This document shows positions 8,175 to 15,379 of a stretch of 33,100 nt of DNA, in pieces. The position numbers and the translations under genes are program-made. The stretch is from contig JAPVSP010000427.1 in the NCBI GenBank assembly GCA_047519685.1, positions 1 through 33,100 of the forward strand, given 5' to 3'. Every line of letters begins with the position of its first letter. The stretch's first letter is position 1. The notes beneath the pieces were generated by a model. It saw only the letters and a program-made list of their open reading frames with translations, did no database searches and was not told the origin of the DNA. The DNA is from Chloroflexota bacterium. GTDB taxonomy: Bacteria; Chloroflexota; Limnocylindria; Limnocylindrales; CSP1-4.

Positions 8175-9266
8175 TCAGCGGCTCCCGGCGCCAACGGCGA
8201 CCCGGGCGAGGTCGGCCGGTCTCGCCCGACCATCGTCGCCGATCGTCCGCGTGCTCTCGCCCACGACGAGCTCGACCGGGAGGATCTGGCCGGGCGGGAG
8301 CTCCCCGGTGTGGATCGCCGCGACCAGCGACGCCGCGGCCAGGCGGCCCAGCTCGGCCGACGGGGTCGCCACCGTCGTCAGCCGCGGGTTGGAGATCGCC
8401 GCGAACGGGATCCCATCGAAGCCGACGATGCCCACGTCGCGCGGGACCGACACGCCGTGACGGCGCAACCCGTCGAGAAGGCCGAGGGCCAGCTTGTCGT
8501 CGTAGCAGATGAGCGCCTCGGGCAGGACGCGAACGATCGTCGCGGTCACTGCATCGGGCGCGCACCAGCCCTCGCGCCCGGCCTCGAACCGGCGCATCGG
8601 GTGGCGGATCCCCCGCGCGCGCAGGGCGCGCTCGGCCGCCTCGCGCCGGACGATGTCGGACGGCCGACCACTCCCACCGACATAGCCGATGTCGCGATAG
8701 CCGCGCTGGACGAGGTGATCGACCGCGGCCGCGACCCCGGCCTCGTCGTCGGTCCGGATGACCCCCGCCGGCACCACCCCGCCGCGACGCAGGAGGCTCC
8801 GATGATCGGGCTGGACGACGACCAGTCGATCCGGCCTCGTCCTCGCTCTGGCCTCCCGCGGATCGAGGACCGTCGACACCAGGGCCACGCCGTCGGTCCC
8901 GTGCTCGGTGAAGATCTTGAGCGCTCGTCGCTCGCGGACCGGGTCGTTGAAGCCCGCCACGAAGATGACGCGGTAACCGCGCTCGCCGGCGGCCTGCTCG
9001 AACCCGGCCGCGACCTGGCCGTGGACGGGGTCGCTGAGGTCCGCCAGGAGGAGTCCGAGGGTCCGCGTGCGGCGGACCCGCAGGCTGCGCGCAGCAGCGT
9101 TCGGGATGTAGCCCAGCTCGTCGGCCGCCGCCCGGATCGCGATCCGTGTGGGGGCGCTGATCCGGGGATCGTCGGCCAGAGCGCGCGAGGCCGTCGAACG
9201 GGACACCCCGGCGATGCGGGCGACGTCGTCGAGGGTCACTCGGCGGTGTGGATCGCGCGCGCCCAT
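8175..9266 (-). CDS. LacI/PurR-family transcriptional regulator
   Basis: N-terminal HTH VTLDDVARIAGVSRSTASRALADDPRISAPTRIAIRAAADELGYIPNAAARSLR, then a periplasmic-binding-protein-like sensor domain. I prefer ATG 9266 (RBS GAGGGA 7 nt upstream) over ATG 9281. Confidence 0.9.
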   Translation of the reverse strand: MGARDPHRRVTLDDVARIAGVSRSTASRALADDPRISAPTRIAIRAAADELGYIPNAAARSLRVRRTRTLGLLLADLSDPVHGQVAAGFEQAAGERGYRVIFVAGFNDPVRERRALKIFTEHGTDGVALVSTVLDPREARARTRPDRLVVVQPDHRSLLRRGGVVPAGVIRTDDEAGVAAAVDHLVQRGYRDIGYVGGSGRPSDIVRREAAERALRARGIRHPMRRFEAGREGWCAPDAVTATIVRVLPEALICYDDKLALGLLDGLRRHGVSVPRDVGIVGFDGIPFAAISNPRLTTVATPSAELGRLAAASLVAAIHTGELPPGQILPVELVVGESTRTIGDDGRARPADLARVAVGAGSR

Positions 9267-9290
9267 CGCCCGGTCCCTCATCCGCCGCAG

Positions 9291-10523
9291 CTACGCCAGG
9301 TACCGACTCGCGACCGCCCGGAACCGCTCGGCGCGGACCCGGGCGACGTCCGCTCCGTCGCGCATCCGCAGCCCGAACGGGGCGAGGTTCGGGTCGAGGA
9401 CGCCGATCGCGAAGCTCATCGAGCGCCCGAGCAGCCGGTCCGTGCCGGGCAGCATCCCCACCCGATACTCGGCCACCGAGTCGTCCGTGCACGGGCAGTC
9501 GAACGGGCAGCCCCGGCCGGTGATCGTCCGGCCCGCGAGGACGTGCTCCATGTGGGTGTAGACGTGCCAGCCGCTCGTGGCCAGGGTGATGGAGCCGAGC
9601 TCGGCGGTCACCGCGCTGGCGATCGAAGCATCGGGGAAGATGACCACCAGGTGGGTGGCCAGGTCCCCGGCCGGATCGGGCAGCGTCCGGAACCGGAGAC
9701 CGGGCAGGTCCCCGATCAACCCATGGACGAGGTCCCGGTTGGCCCGGAGGTGATCGCGGATCCGGTCGAGACGGCGCACCTGGGCGAGCAGGACGGCCCC
9801 CTCGAGCTCGGTCATCCGGAAGTTCAGCCCGAGGAACGGGCGCGCCCCGACCTCGATGCCCCGCCGGTTCGGGCTGTGGCCCTGGTCGTGCATCGCGAAG
9901 CAGCGGCGATAGAGCGCCTCGTCGTCGGTTACGAGGAGGCCACCGTCACCGCAGGTGATCGTCTTGAACTCGTTGAAGCTGTAGATGCCGGCGGCGCCGT
10001 GAGCGCCGACCCAGCGGCCGTCATAGGTCGCCCCGAACGCCTGGGCACAGTCCTCGATGAGCGCCAGCCCGTGGCGGTCGGCGATCGCTCGCAGCTCGGC
10101 GATGCGGGCCGGGTTGCCGAGCATGTGGACGGCGACGATGGCCCGCGTCCGCGGGGTGATCCGAGCCTCCACGTCGGCCGGATCGAGACCGAACGTCTCG
10201 TCGACCTCGGCCAGGACCGGCCGCGCGCGAGCGTAGACGACCGACGAGATGGTCGCGACGAACGTGAAACCAGGGACGATGACCTCGTCGCCGGGACCGA
10301 TGCCCAGCCCGACCAGGGCCAGGAACAGACCACTCGTCCCGGAGTTGAGGGCGAGGGCGTGGGAGACGCCGGCGAGCTCGGCAACGGTCTCCTCGAACCG
10401 GCGGACCTTGGCCGGGAAGCTCGAGTCGTCCGGGCCGTAGCGGCTGAGGTGCCCGCTCGCGAGGACCTCGGCGACCTCGGTCAGCTCCTCCGCGCCGACG
10501 AGGTCGAGACCCGGTCCCGGCAT
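9291..10523 (-). CDS. DegT/DnrJ/EryC1/StrS-family PLP-dependent aminotransferase (sugar / inosose aminotransferase type)
   Basis: 410 aa from MPGPGLDLVGAEEL. Family-typical NSGTSGL, VIVPGFTFVAT, IEDCAQAFG and PLP-lysine context SFNEFKTITCGDGG. RBS AGGAGG upstream of ATG 10523. The track ORF to 11015 is an over-extension into the divergent gene. Confidence 0.9.
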   Translation of the reverse strand: MPGPGLDLVGAEELTEVAEVLASGHLSRYGPDDSSFPAKVRRFEETVAELAGVSHALALNSGTSGLFLALVGLGIGPGDEVIVPGFTFVATISSVVYARARPVLAEVDETFGLDPADVEARITPRTRAIVAVHMLGNPARIAELRAIADRHGLALIEDCAQAFGATYDGRWVGAHGAAGIYSFNEFKTITCGDGGLLVTDDEALYRRCFAMHDQGHSPNRRGIEVGARPFLGLNFRMTELEGAVLLAQVRRLDRIRDHLRANRDLVHGLIGDLPGLRFRTLPDPAGDLATHLVVIFPDASIASAVTAELGSITLATSGWHVYTHMEHVLAGRTITGRGCPFDCPCTDDSVAEYRVGMLPGTDRLLGRSMSFAIGVLDPNLAPFGLRMRDGADVARVRAERFRAVASRYLA

Positions 10524-10539
10524 GACCCGCCCGCCCTCC

Positions 10540-10568
10540 TTGTGCAACCGATTGCACGACGGTAGCAT
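10540..10568 (+). promoter_or_regulatory. Candidate sigma-70/SigA-type promoter for the 865-aa protein gene
   Basis: TTGTGC (10540-10545), 17-nt spacer, TAGCAT (10563-10568). The operator palindrome lies inside the spacer. Hexamers matched by eye only. Confidence 0.3.
10542..10557. promoter_or_regulatory. LacI-family-type operator candidate (14/16 palindrome with central CG)
   Basis: GTGCAACCGATTGCAC has perfect 6-bp arms GTGCAA/TTGCAC. Its core TGCAACCGATTGCA fits the generic LacI/CcpA box pattern TGnAAnCGnTnnCA. It is the only such site I found in the window. It lies in the 85-bp divergent region between the aminotransferase-LacI operon and the 865-aa protein gene. Confidence 0.5.
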
Positions 10569-10588
10569 CCGGATTCGCACCGCGTCAA
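10559..10588 (-). promoter_or_regulatory. Candidate promoter for the aminotransferase-LacI-ABC operon
   Basis: On the minus strand: TTGACG (10588-10583), 18-nt spacer, TACCGT (10564-10559). The operator palindrome follows immediately, at about the +1 region. Confidence 0.3.
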
Positions 10589-10608
10589 TACCATTGGAGA
10601 CAGCGGGT

Positions 10609-13206
10609 TTGGTCGTCTCCCGCAGCACGCTCTCGACCCGCCGAGCCTGGCCGGTGGACCTGACGGCGGCCTGGAACGCCTCGGACGCCGACGTGGCCGC
10701 CCGCTTCCATCCGCTGTACCGGACGGCCCTCGGCCGGCTGCCCGAGGGCGACCAGGTCTTCCGGGGTCTGCCGTTCGCGCTCGGCCGGCGGGCGGCGGGC
10801 GCACGCTGGATCCTCGTCGACGAGACGCGCCGCATCGACCTGACTGGGTCGCCGCCGGCCAGCCACGTCGTGGTCGCCCACCTGTGCGACGCCAGGCACG
10901 ACGCCGGTGGCGGTCGGCCCGCCGGCGTGCCGCTCGGCTGGGTCGAGCCGGTCGGCGAGCCGCTCGCCCGGTACGAGCTGGTCACGGCCGATGGGCGTCG
11001 CCGGGCGACCACCATCCGGCGCCGGTTCGAGGTGAACGAGGGGATCCTCGGCTGGGGGTCCGGGGCGTTCCTGGCCGTCGGCCACCGGTTCGACGAGCCC
11101 CTCGACTGGCGCGGCCCGCACGAGCGACAGGTGCCCGGCCGCTACGCCCCTGCCGGTCACGCCGGCCCCCTGACGATCCTGCCTGGTGCATGGGGTCCGG
11201 GCCAGACGGGCGTCGCCGACTTCGTGCCCAGCCCCGCCGACGATGCGCTGCTCTGGCTGCACGCGATCGCCCTCGGCGAGCCGGCGCGCCTGACCGAGCT
11301 CCGCCTTCAGCCGCTCGGTCAGGGCGGGCCCGGGCGAGACATCCTCGTCGCCGGGATCGCGCTGTTCTCCGGGACGGCCGACCCGCTGGTCCTCGAGCCA
11401 CGTCGCCAGATCCTCGTGCGCGGCCTGGCCAGCCCGACGCCTCCCGAGACCGACCTGGGGGTGGTCATCCGGACGGCCATCGCGAGCGACCCCCCGGAGT
11501 CGCCGACGGAGCGGGCCATCGGCTGGGGCGCGAGCCGGCCCGACCGGACCTCAGCCAGGGTCGTGGACGCCGTCGTCGACGTCGCCCTCGCGCCCGATGC
11601 CTGTCTGCGCCTGGCCGACTGGGAGGTGCCGGCGGCGGCGATCGGCCCGGACCCTGTCCGTGGGCCCGGCGGGACGCCGACCGTCGAGGCGCTGCCCGCG
11701 CCCGAGATCCGGGTGGCGGTCACGGTGGTCGACGCGGGGACAGGCCGGCCGATCCCGACGCGGGTCCGGTTCGTCGCGGCCGACGGGCGGTACCTGCCGC
11801 CGGTCGGCCACCGCGACGAGGTCAACCCCGGGCTGTACGAGGACACCGGCGCCGACCTCGTCCTCGGCCGGGAGACCTACGCCTACGTCCCCGGCGCATT
11901 CGAGATCGACCTGCCCCTCGGCTCGGTCGAGGCCGAGGCCGTCCGCGGGTTCGACCATCGTCCCATCCGGACCCGTCTCGAGGTCGACCCCGCGACCCGC
12001 CACCTCGAGCTCGCGCTCGCCCGCCCGATCGACCGACGCCCGGACGGCTGGATGACGGCCGACTCGCACGTCCACTTCCTGGCACCGTCGACCGCCCTTC
12101 TCCAGGCCGCCGCCGAGGACCTCGCGATCGTCCATCTGCTGGCGACCCAGTGGGGTGATCACGCCACGAGCGTGACCGACCTGGCGTGGGGCTCGACCGT
12201 CGATCCGAGCGGCGAGCACCGCGTCGTGGTCGGGACGGAGAACCGCCAGAACCTGCTCGGGCACCTGGGTCTGCTCGGCGCCCGGCGCCCGGTCCTGCCG
12301 ATGGCCAGCGGTGGGCCGCCGGAGGGCAGGATCGGCGGCGCCCTGGTCGAGCTGCTCGCCGACTGGGCCGATCGCTGCCACGAGGCCGAGGGCCTGGTCG
12401 TCGCCGCCCACTTCCCGCTGCCGTACGCGGAGGTGGCCGCCGACATCGTCGCCGGCAAGATCGACGCGGTCGAGATGCAGTGCTTCTCGCCCGGCCTCGA
12501 CCACCCCTCGATCCTCGAGTGGTACCGGTTCCTCGACTGCGGCTACCGGCTGCCCGTCCTCGGGGGGACGGACAAGATGTCGGCCGAGGTCCCGGCGGGG
12601 GCCGTTCGGACGTACGCCCGGCTCCAGCCGGGGGAGCCGGCCTCCTTCGAGGCGTGGGCCGCCGCGGTCCGCGCGGGCCGGACGTTCGCGACATCCGGAC
12701 CCTTCCTCGAGCTGTCCGTCGAGGGCCACGAGCCCGGCGGCGTCATCGCCCTGCCCGCCACGGGCGGGCGGCTCGGGGTCCAGGCCGCTGCCCGCGCGGC
12801 CCAGCCGATGATCACGGCGATCGAGCTGGTGGTGAACGGGCAGGTCGTCGCGGAGGAGGCGTCCGCCCGGGCGACCGATGCGCTCGACGTCTCCACGGCG
12901 ATCGAGGTCCGAGCGGGCAGCTGGATCGCGGCCCGGGCACGGAGCGACCGCCAGATCGAGTCGGCGTTCGCGACGAGCATGGCCGCGCACACCTCGCCGG
13001 TCTACGTCGAGGTCGTCGACCGCCCGCTGTTCGTCGCCGACGAGGCCGGGCCGATCCTGGAGGTAATCGAGGGGGCGCGACGCTGGGTGGCGTCGATGGC
13101 GGCGGTCGAGCGGCCGGCCGACCGTCGGCGGATGGTCGAGTTCCTGGCGGCCAGCGCGGCGACGTTCCGCGCTCGGCTGGATCGTGCGAAGCGGGAGGTG
13201 GACTGA
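10609..13206 (+). CDS. Large multidomain protein: unrecognised N-terminal region (~360 aa), beta-sandwich (carboxypeptidase-regulatory-like) segment, and a C-terminal metal-dependent hydrolase-like domain (PHP / CehA-McbA / amidohydrolase-like)
   Basis: Continuous high-GC3 frame of 894 codons in the track. I place the start at TTG 10609 (RBS GGAGA 8 nt upstream), because ATG 10522 would overlap the divergent gene's start codon. A GTG at 10654 is an alternative. Segment RVAVTVVDAGTGRPIPTRVRFVAADGRY begins at nt ~11701. Metal-site-like pattern: DSHVHF (12061-12078), GHLGLLG, VVAAHFPLPY, GGTDKMS (D at 12571). The N-terminal part has no motif I can name. Confidence 0.8.
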   Translation: MVVSRSTLSTRRAWPVDLTAAWNASDADVAARFHPLYRTALGRLPEGDQVFRGLPFALGRRAAGARWILVDETRRIDLTGSPPASHVVVAHLCDARHDAGGGRPAGVPLGWVEPVGEPLARYELVTADGRRRATTIRRRFEVNEGILGWGSGAFLAVGHRFDEPLDWRGPHERQVPGRYAPAGHAGPLTILPGAWGPGQTGVADFVPSPADDALLWLHAIALGEPARLTELRLQPLGQGGPGRDILVAGIALFSGTADPLVLEPRRQILVRGLASPTPPETDLGVVIRTAIASDPPESPTERAIGWGASRPDRTSARVVDAVVDVALAPDACLRLADWEVPAAAIGPDPVRGPGGTPTVEALPAPEIRVAVTVVDAGTGRPIPTRVRFVAADGRYLPPVGHRDEVNPGLYEDTGADLVLGRETYAYVPGAFEIDLPLGSVEAEAVRGFDHRPIRTRLEVDPATRHLELALARPIDRRPDGWMTADSHVHFLAPSTALLQAAAEDLAIVHLLATQWGDHATSVTDLAWGSTVDPSGEHRVVVGTENRQNLLGHLGLLGARRPVLPMASGGPPEGRIGGALVELLADWADRCHEAEGLVVAAHFPLPYAEVAADIVAGKIDAVEMQCFSPGLDHPSILEWYRFLDCGYRLPVLGGTDKMSAEVPAGAVRTYARLQPGEPASFEAWAAAVRAGRTFATSGPFLELSVEGHEPGGVIALPATGGRLGVQAAARAAQPMITAIELVVNGQVVAEEASARATDALDVSTAIEVRAGSWIAARARSDRQIESAFATSMAAHTSPVYVEVVDRPLFVADEAGPILEVIEGARRWVASMAAVERPADRRRMVEFLAASAATFRARLDRAKREVD

Positions 13207-13207
13207 C

Positions 13208-14080
13208 GTGAAGATCGCGCTCGACCCCTACATGCTCCGGGGTCTCCCGTTCGGGGAGGTCTGCCGGATCGCCGCCGACGTCGGCTACCGCTACATCGAG
13301 CTCTCGCCGCGGACCGACTTCATCCCGTTCTTCGTCCATCCGCGAGCCGATCGGTCGCGGATCGCCCACTTCCGGACGGCGCTCCGCGAGACCGGGATGG
13401 AGCTCTCGTCGATCCTGCCGCTCTATCGCTGGTCGAGCCCCGACGAGGACGAGCGGCTGGCCGCGGTCGGCTACTGGAGGCGGGCCATCCAGCTCGCCGT
13501 CGAGCTCGGCTGCCAGACGATGAACTCGGAGCTCAGCGGACGACCCGATCAGGCGGCCCGCTCCGAGGCCCAGTTCTGGCGGTCGCTCGACGAGCTCCTG
13601 CCGATCTTCGAGCGCGAGGGGATCGTCCTCGACCTCGAGCCCCACCCCGACGACTTCGTCGAGCTCAACGATCCGGCCGTGGACCTCGTCCGGGGCATCG
13701 ATTCGCCGAGCGTTCGCTACGTCTTCTGTGCGCCGCACACGTTCCACCTCGGCGGCGAGGTCGGGGCGATGATCCGCTACGCCGCGCCGGTCCTCGCGCA
13801 CGTCCACCTCGCCGACGTGTTCGATCACCGCGCCTCGTCCGGCCTCCGCTACATCGTCAATCCGCCCGGCTCGACGGCCCGGGTCCACCAGCACCTCGAC
13901 ATCGGTCAGGGCGAGGTCGACTGGGACGCGCTGTTCGCTGCGCTCGCCGAGATCCGCTTCGACGGGATCCTGACGAGCTGCGTCTTCGCCTGGGAGGAGC
14001 GCGCCGTCGATTCGGCGAGGTTCATGCTCGAGGAGATCCAGCGGCGCCTGTCGAAGGCCGCCGCAGCGGGCCAGGTCTAG
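13208..14080 (+). CDS. Xylose-isomerase-like TIM-barrel protein (sugar phosphate isomerase/epimerase family), second copy of the fold in this locus
   Basis: 290 aa from GTG 13208, which is 1 nt after the upstream TGA. RBS GGGAGGTGG overlaps the end of the upstream gene. Motifs YIELSPR, LDLEPHPDDFV, HVHLADV, HLDIGQGEVDW. Confidence 0.85.
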   Translation: MKIALDPYMLRGLPFGEVCRIAADVGYRYIELSPRTDFIPFFVHPRADRSRIAHFRTALRETGMELSSILPLYRWSSPDEDERLAAVGYWRRAIQLAVELGCQTMNSELSGRPDQAARSEAQFWRSLDELLPIFEREGIVLDLEPHPDDFVELNDPAVDLVRGIDSPSVRYVFCAPHTFHLGGEVGAMIRYAAPVLAHVHLADVFDHRASSGLRYIVNPPGSTARVHQHLDIGQGEVDWDALFAALAEIRFDGILTSCVFAWEERAVDSARFMLEEIQRRLSKAAAAGQV

Positions 14081-15036
14081 GCGCCGGCCGGGGACCGCAT
14101 CGCCGAAAGGCGCTCGAGGGTCTGGCCATCGAACGGCGCCGGCCAGTCGAAGATCGCCTCGCTCGCGCCGGCGGCCGCGTAGGCGTCGAGCAGGTCCGCG
14201 ACCGCCGACGCCGTGTCGGCGAACGGCGAGCTCTCGGCCCAGGCATGGGCATCGCCCGCGCCGGCCGTGTGGGGCGTGAGCCGGATGGCCAGCGCCTCGA
14301 CGGCCGCCTCCCGGGTATCGCGGATGCACACGGGTGGCAGCCCCACCGTCCGTCGGATGGACGATGGAGCGCGCCCGACGTCGGAGCAGCGGAGGTCGAG
14401 CGCCGCGTTCCGCCGCGCGTAGGCCTCGGGATCGCCCTCGCCGTTCCAGACGTCGGCGTAGCGGGCGACGATCGGCAGCGTCCGCCGCTCGCCGCTGCCG
14501 CCGATGAGGAGCGGCAGGCGTGCCTGGACGGGCGGCGGGTCGTTGCGTGCCGCCTCCATCGCGACCCAGCGGCCCGCGAGCGTGACCGTCCGGCCATCGA
14601 GCAGTCCGCGGACGACGGTGGCCGTCTCCTCGAGCCGGTCGAGCCGCTCGGCCAGGCGGGGGAACGGGTACCCGAACGCCCGGTGCTCTCGCTCGTGCCA
14701 TCCGGCGCCCAGCCCGAGGACCGCCCGACCGCCGCTCAGGTGGTCGAGCGCGGTCGCCATCTTGACCAGCAGGCCCGGATCCCGGTAGGCGGCGCCGCTG
14801 ACGAGGCAGCCCAGCCGGATCCGCGTCGTCGCCGCCGCCCATCCGGCCAGCGTCATCCACGCCTCGAAGACCGGGCCGTCCTGCCCCGTCACGGGCCCCT
14901 GGCCGGCCCCCGCGATCGGGTAGAAGTGGTCGTTCGCCCACAGGCTGTCGAACCCGGCGGCCTCGATCGCCCGGCCCGCGGCCATCAGATCGGCCCACGC
15001 GACGGCCTGCCCCCAGACCTGGAAGCCGATCAACAT
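14077..15036 (-). CDS. Luciferase-like monooxygenase (LLM) class oxidoreductase, probably F420-dependent
   Basis: 319 aa from MLIGFQVWGQ. LLM hallmarks FDSLWANDHF, LGLGAGWHEREH, LLIGGSGERR. The stop overlaps the stop of the convergent gene (CTAG at 14077-14080). The track ORF to 15435 is an over-extension. Confidence 0.85.
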   Translation of the reverse strand: MLIGFQVWGQAVAWADLMAAGRAIEAAGFDSLWANDHFYPIAGAGQGPVTGQDGPVFEAWMTLAGWAAATTRIRLGCLVSGAAYRDPGLLVKMATALDHLSGGRAVLGLGAGWHEREHRAFGYPFPRLAERLDRLEETATVVRGLLDGRTVTLAGRWVAMEAARNDPPPVQARLPLLIGGSGERRTLPIVARYADVWNGEGDPEAYARRNAALDLRCSDVGRAPSSIRRTVGLPPVCIRDTREAAVEALAIRLTPHTAGAGDAHAWAESSPFADTASAVADLLDAYAAAGASEAIFDWPAPFDGQTLERLSAMRSPAGA

Positions 15037-15379
15037 CTTCGGGTGCTCACCGCTCGTGTGTCGTCCCGACCTCGCCGGTCGTCCGTGAACCCGGCTGAGC
15101 AGCGATCGGCCCGGTCGAGGCCGCATCGGAGCGTCGACTCGCATGCGACAGTAGCGCCCCGCCCCGTCGTCGTCGAGCCCGAGTCGGGCGACCGGCGATC
15201 TGCGCCGCGCGCCCGCATGCCATCCCGCCCGACCCGTCGAGCCGGATGCCCCTGTGCGCCCGGTGCGGCCAGCCGCACGATCGGAGTTCGCGGCACCATC
15301 GAGGCGGATGCCCGGCGCCGCGCGGACCGGGGCCGGAGGCGGCCCGGGGGCTCCTGGGACAGCAGGAAGAAGGGACGAG

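Noticed and set aside
8124-10565. 813-aa plus-strand ORF. Similar long shadow ORFs: 12812-14998 (-), 14245-16455 (+), 6854-8512 (+), 8086-9492 (-), 11551-12990 (-), 17573-18727 (+), 21588-22871 (+), 29004-30575 (+).
   Set aside because: All lie antisense to, or out of frame with, genes that have strong family motifs. Their translations are dominated by R/G/D/P/A, lack motifs, and do not show frame-consistent GC3 better than the called gene. These are typical high-GC shadow ORFs.
10522-10608. ATG at 10522 as the start of the large plus-strand protein (track coordinates 10522..13206).
   Set aside because: It would overlap the divergent aminotransferase start codon (CATG at 10521-10524) and leave no promoter space. 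The first 29 codons also cover the operator and promoter-like elements. TTG 10609 has a GGAGA RBS at the right distance. This remains uncertain; GTG 10654 is another option.
15289-15297. CGCGGCACC, whose reverse complement GGTGCCGCG resembles the conserved T-box core (GGTACCGCG). This raised the idea of a T-box leader for asnA.
   Set aside because: The match is on the wrong strand for asnA, has a mismatch, is only 9 nt in very GC-rich DNA, and I could not see the accompanying specifier-loop or AG-bulge elements.
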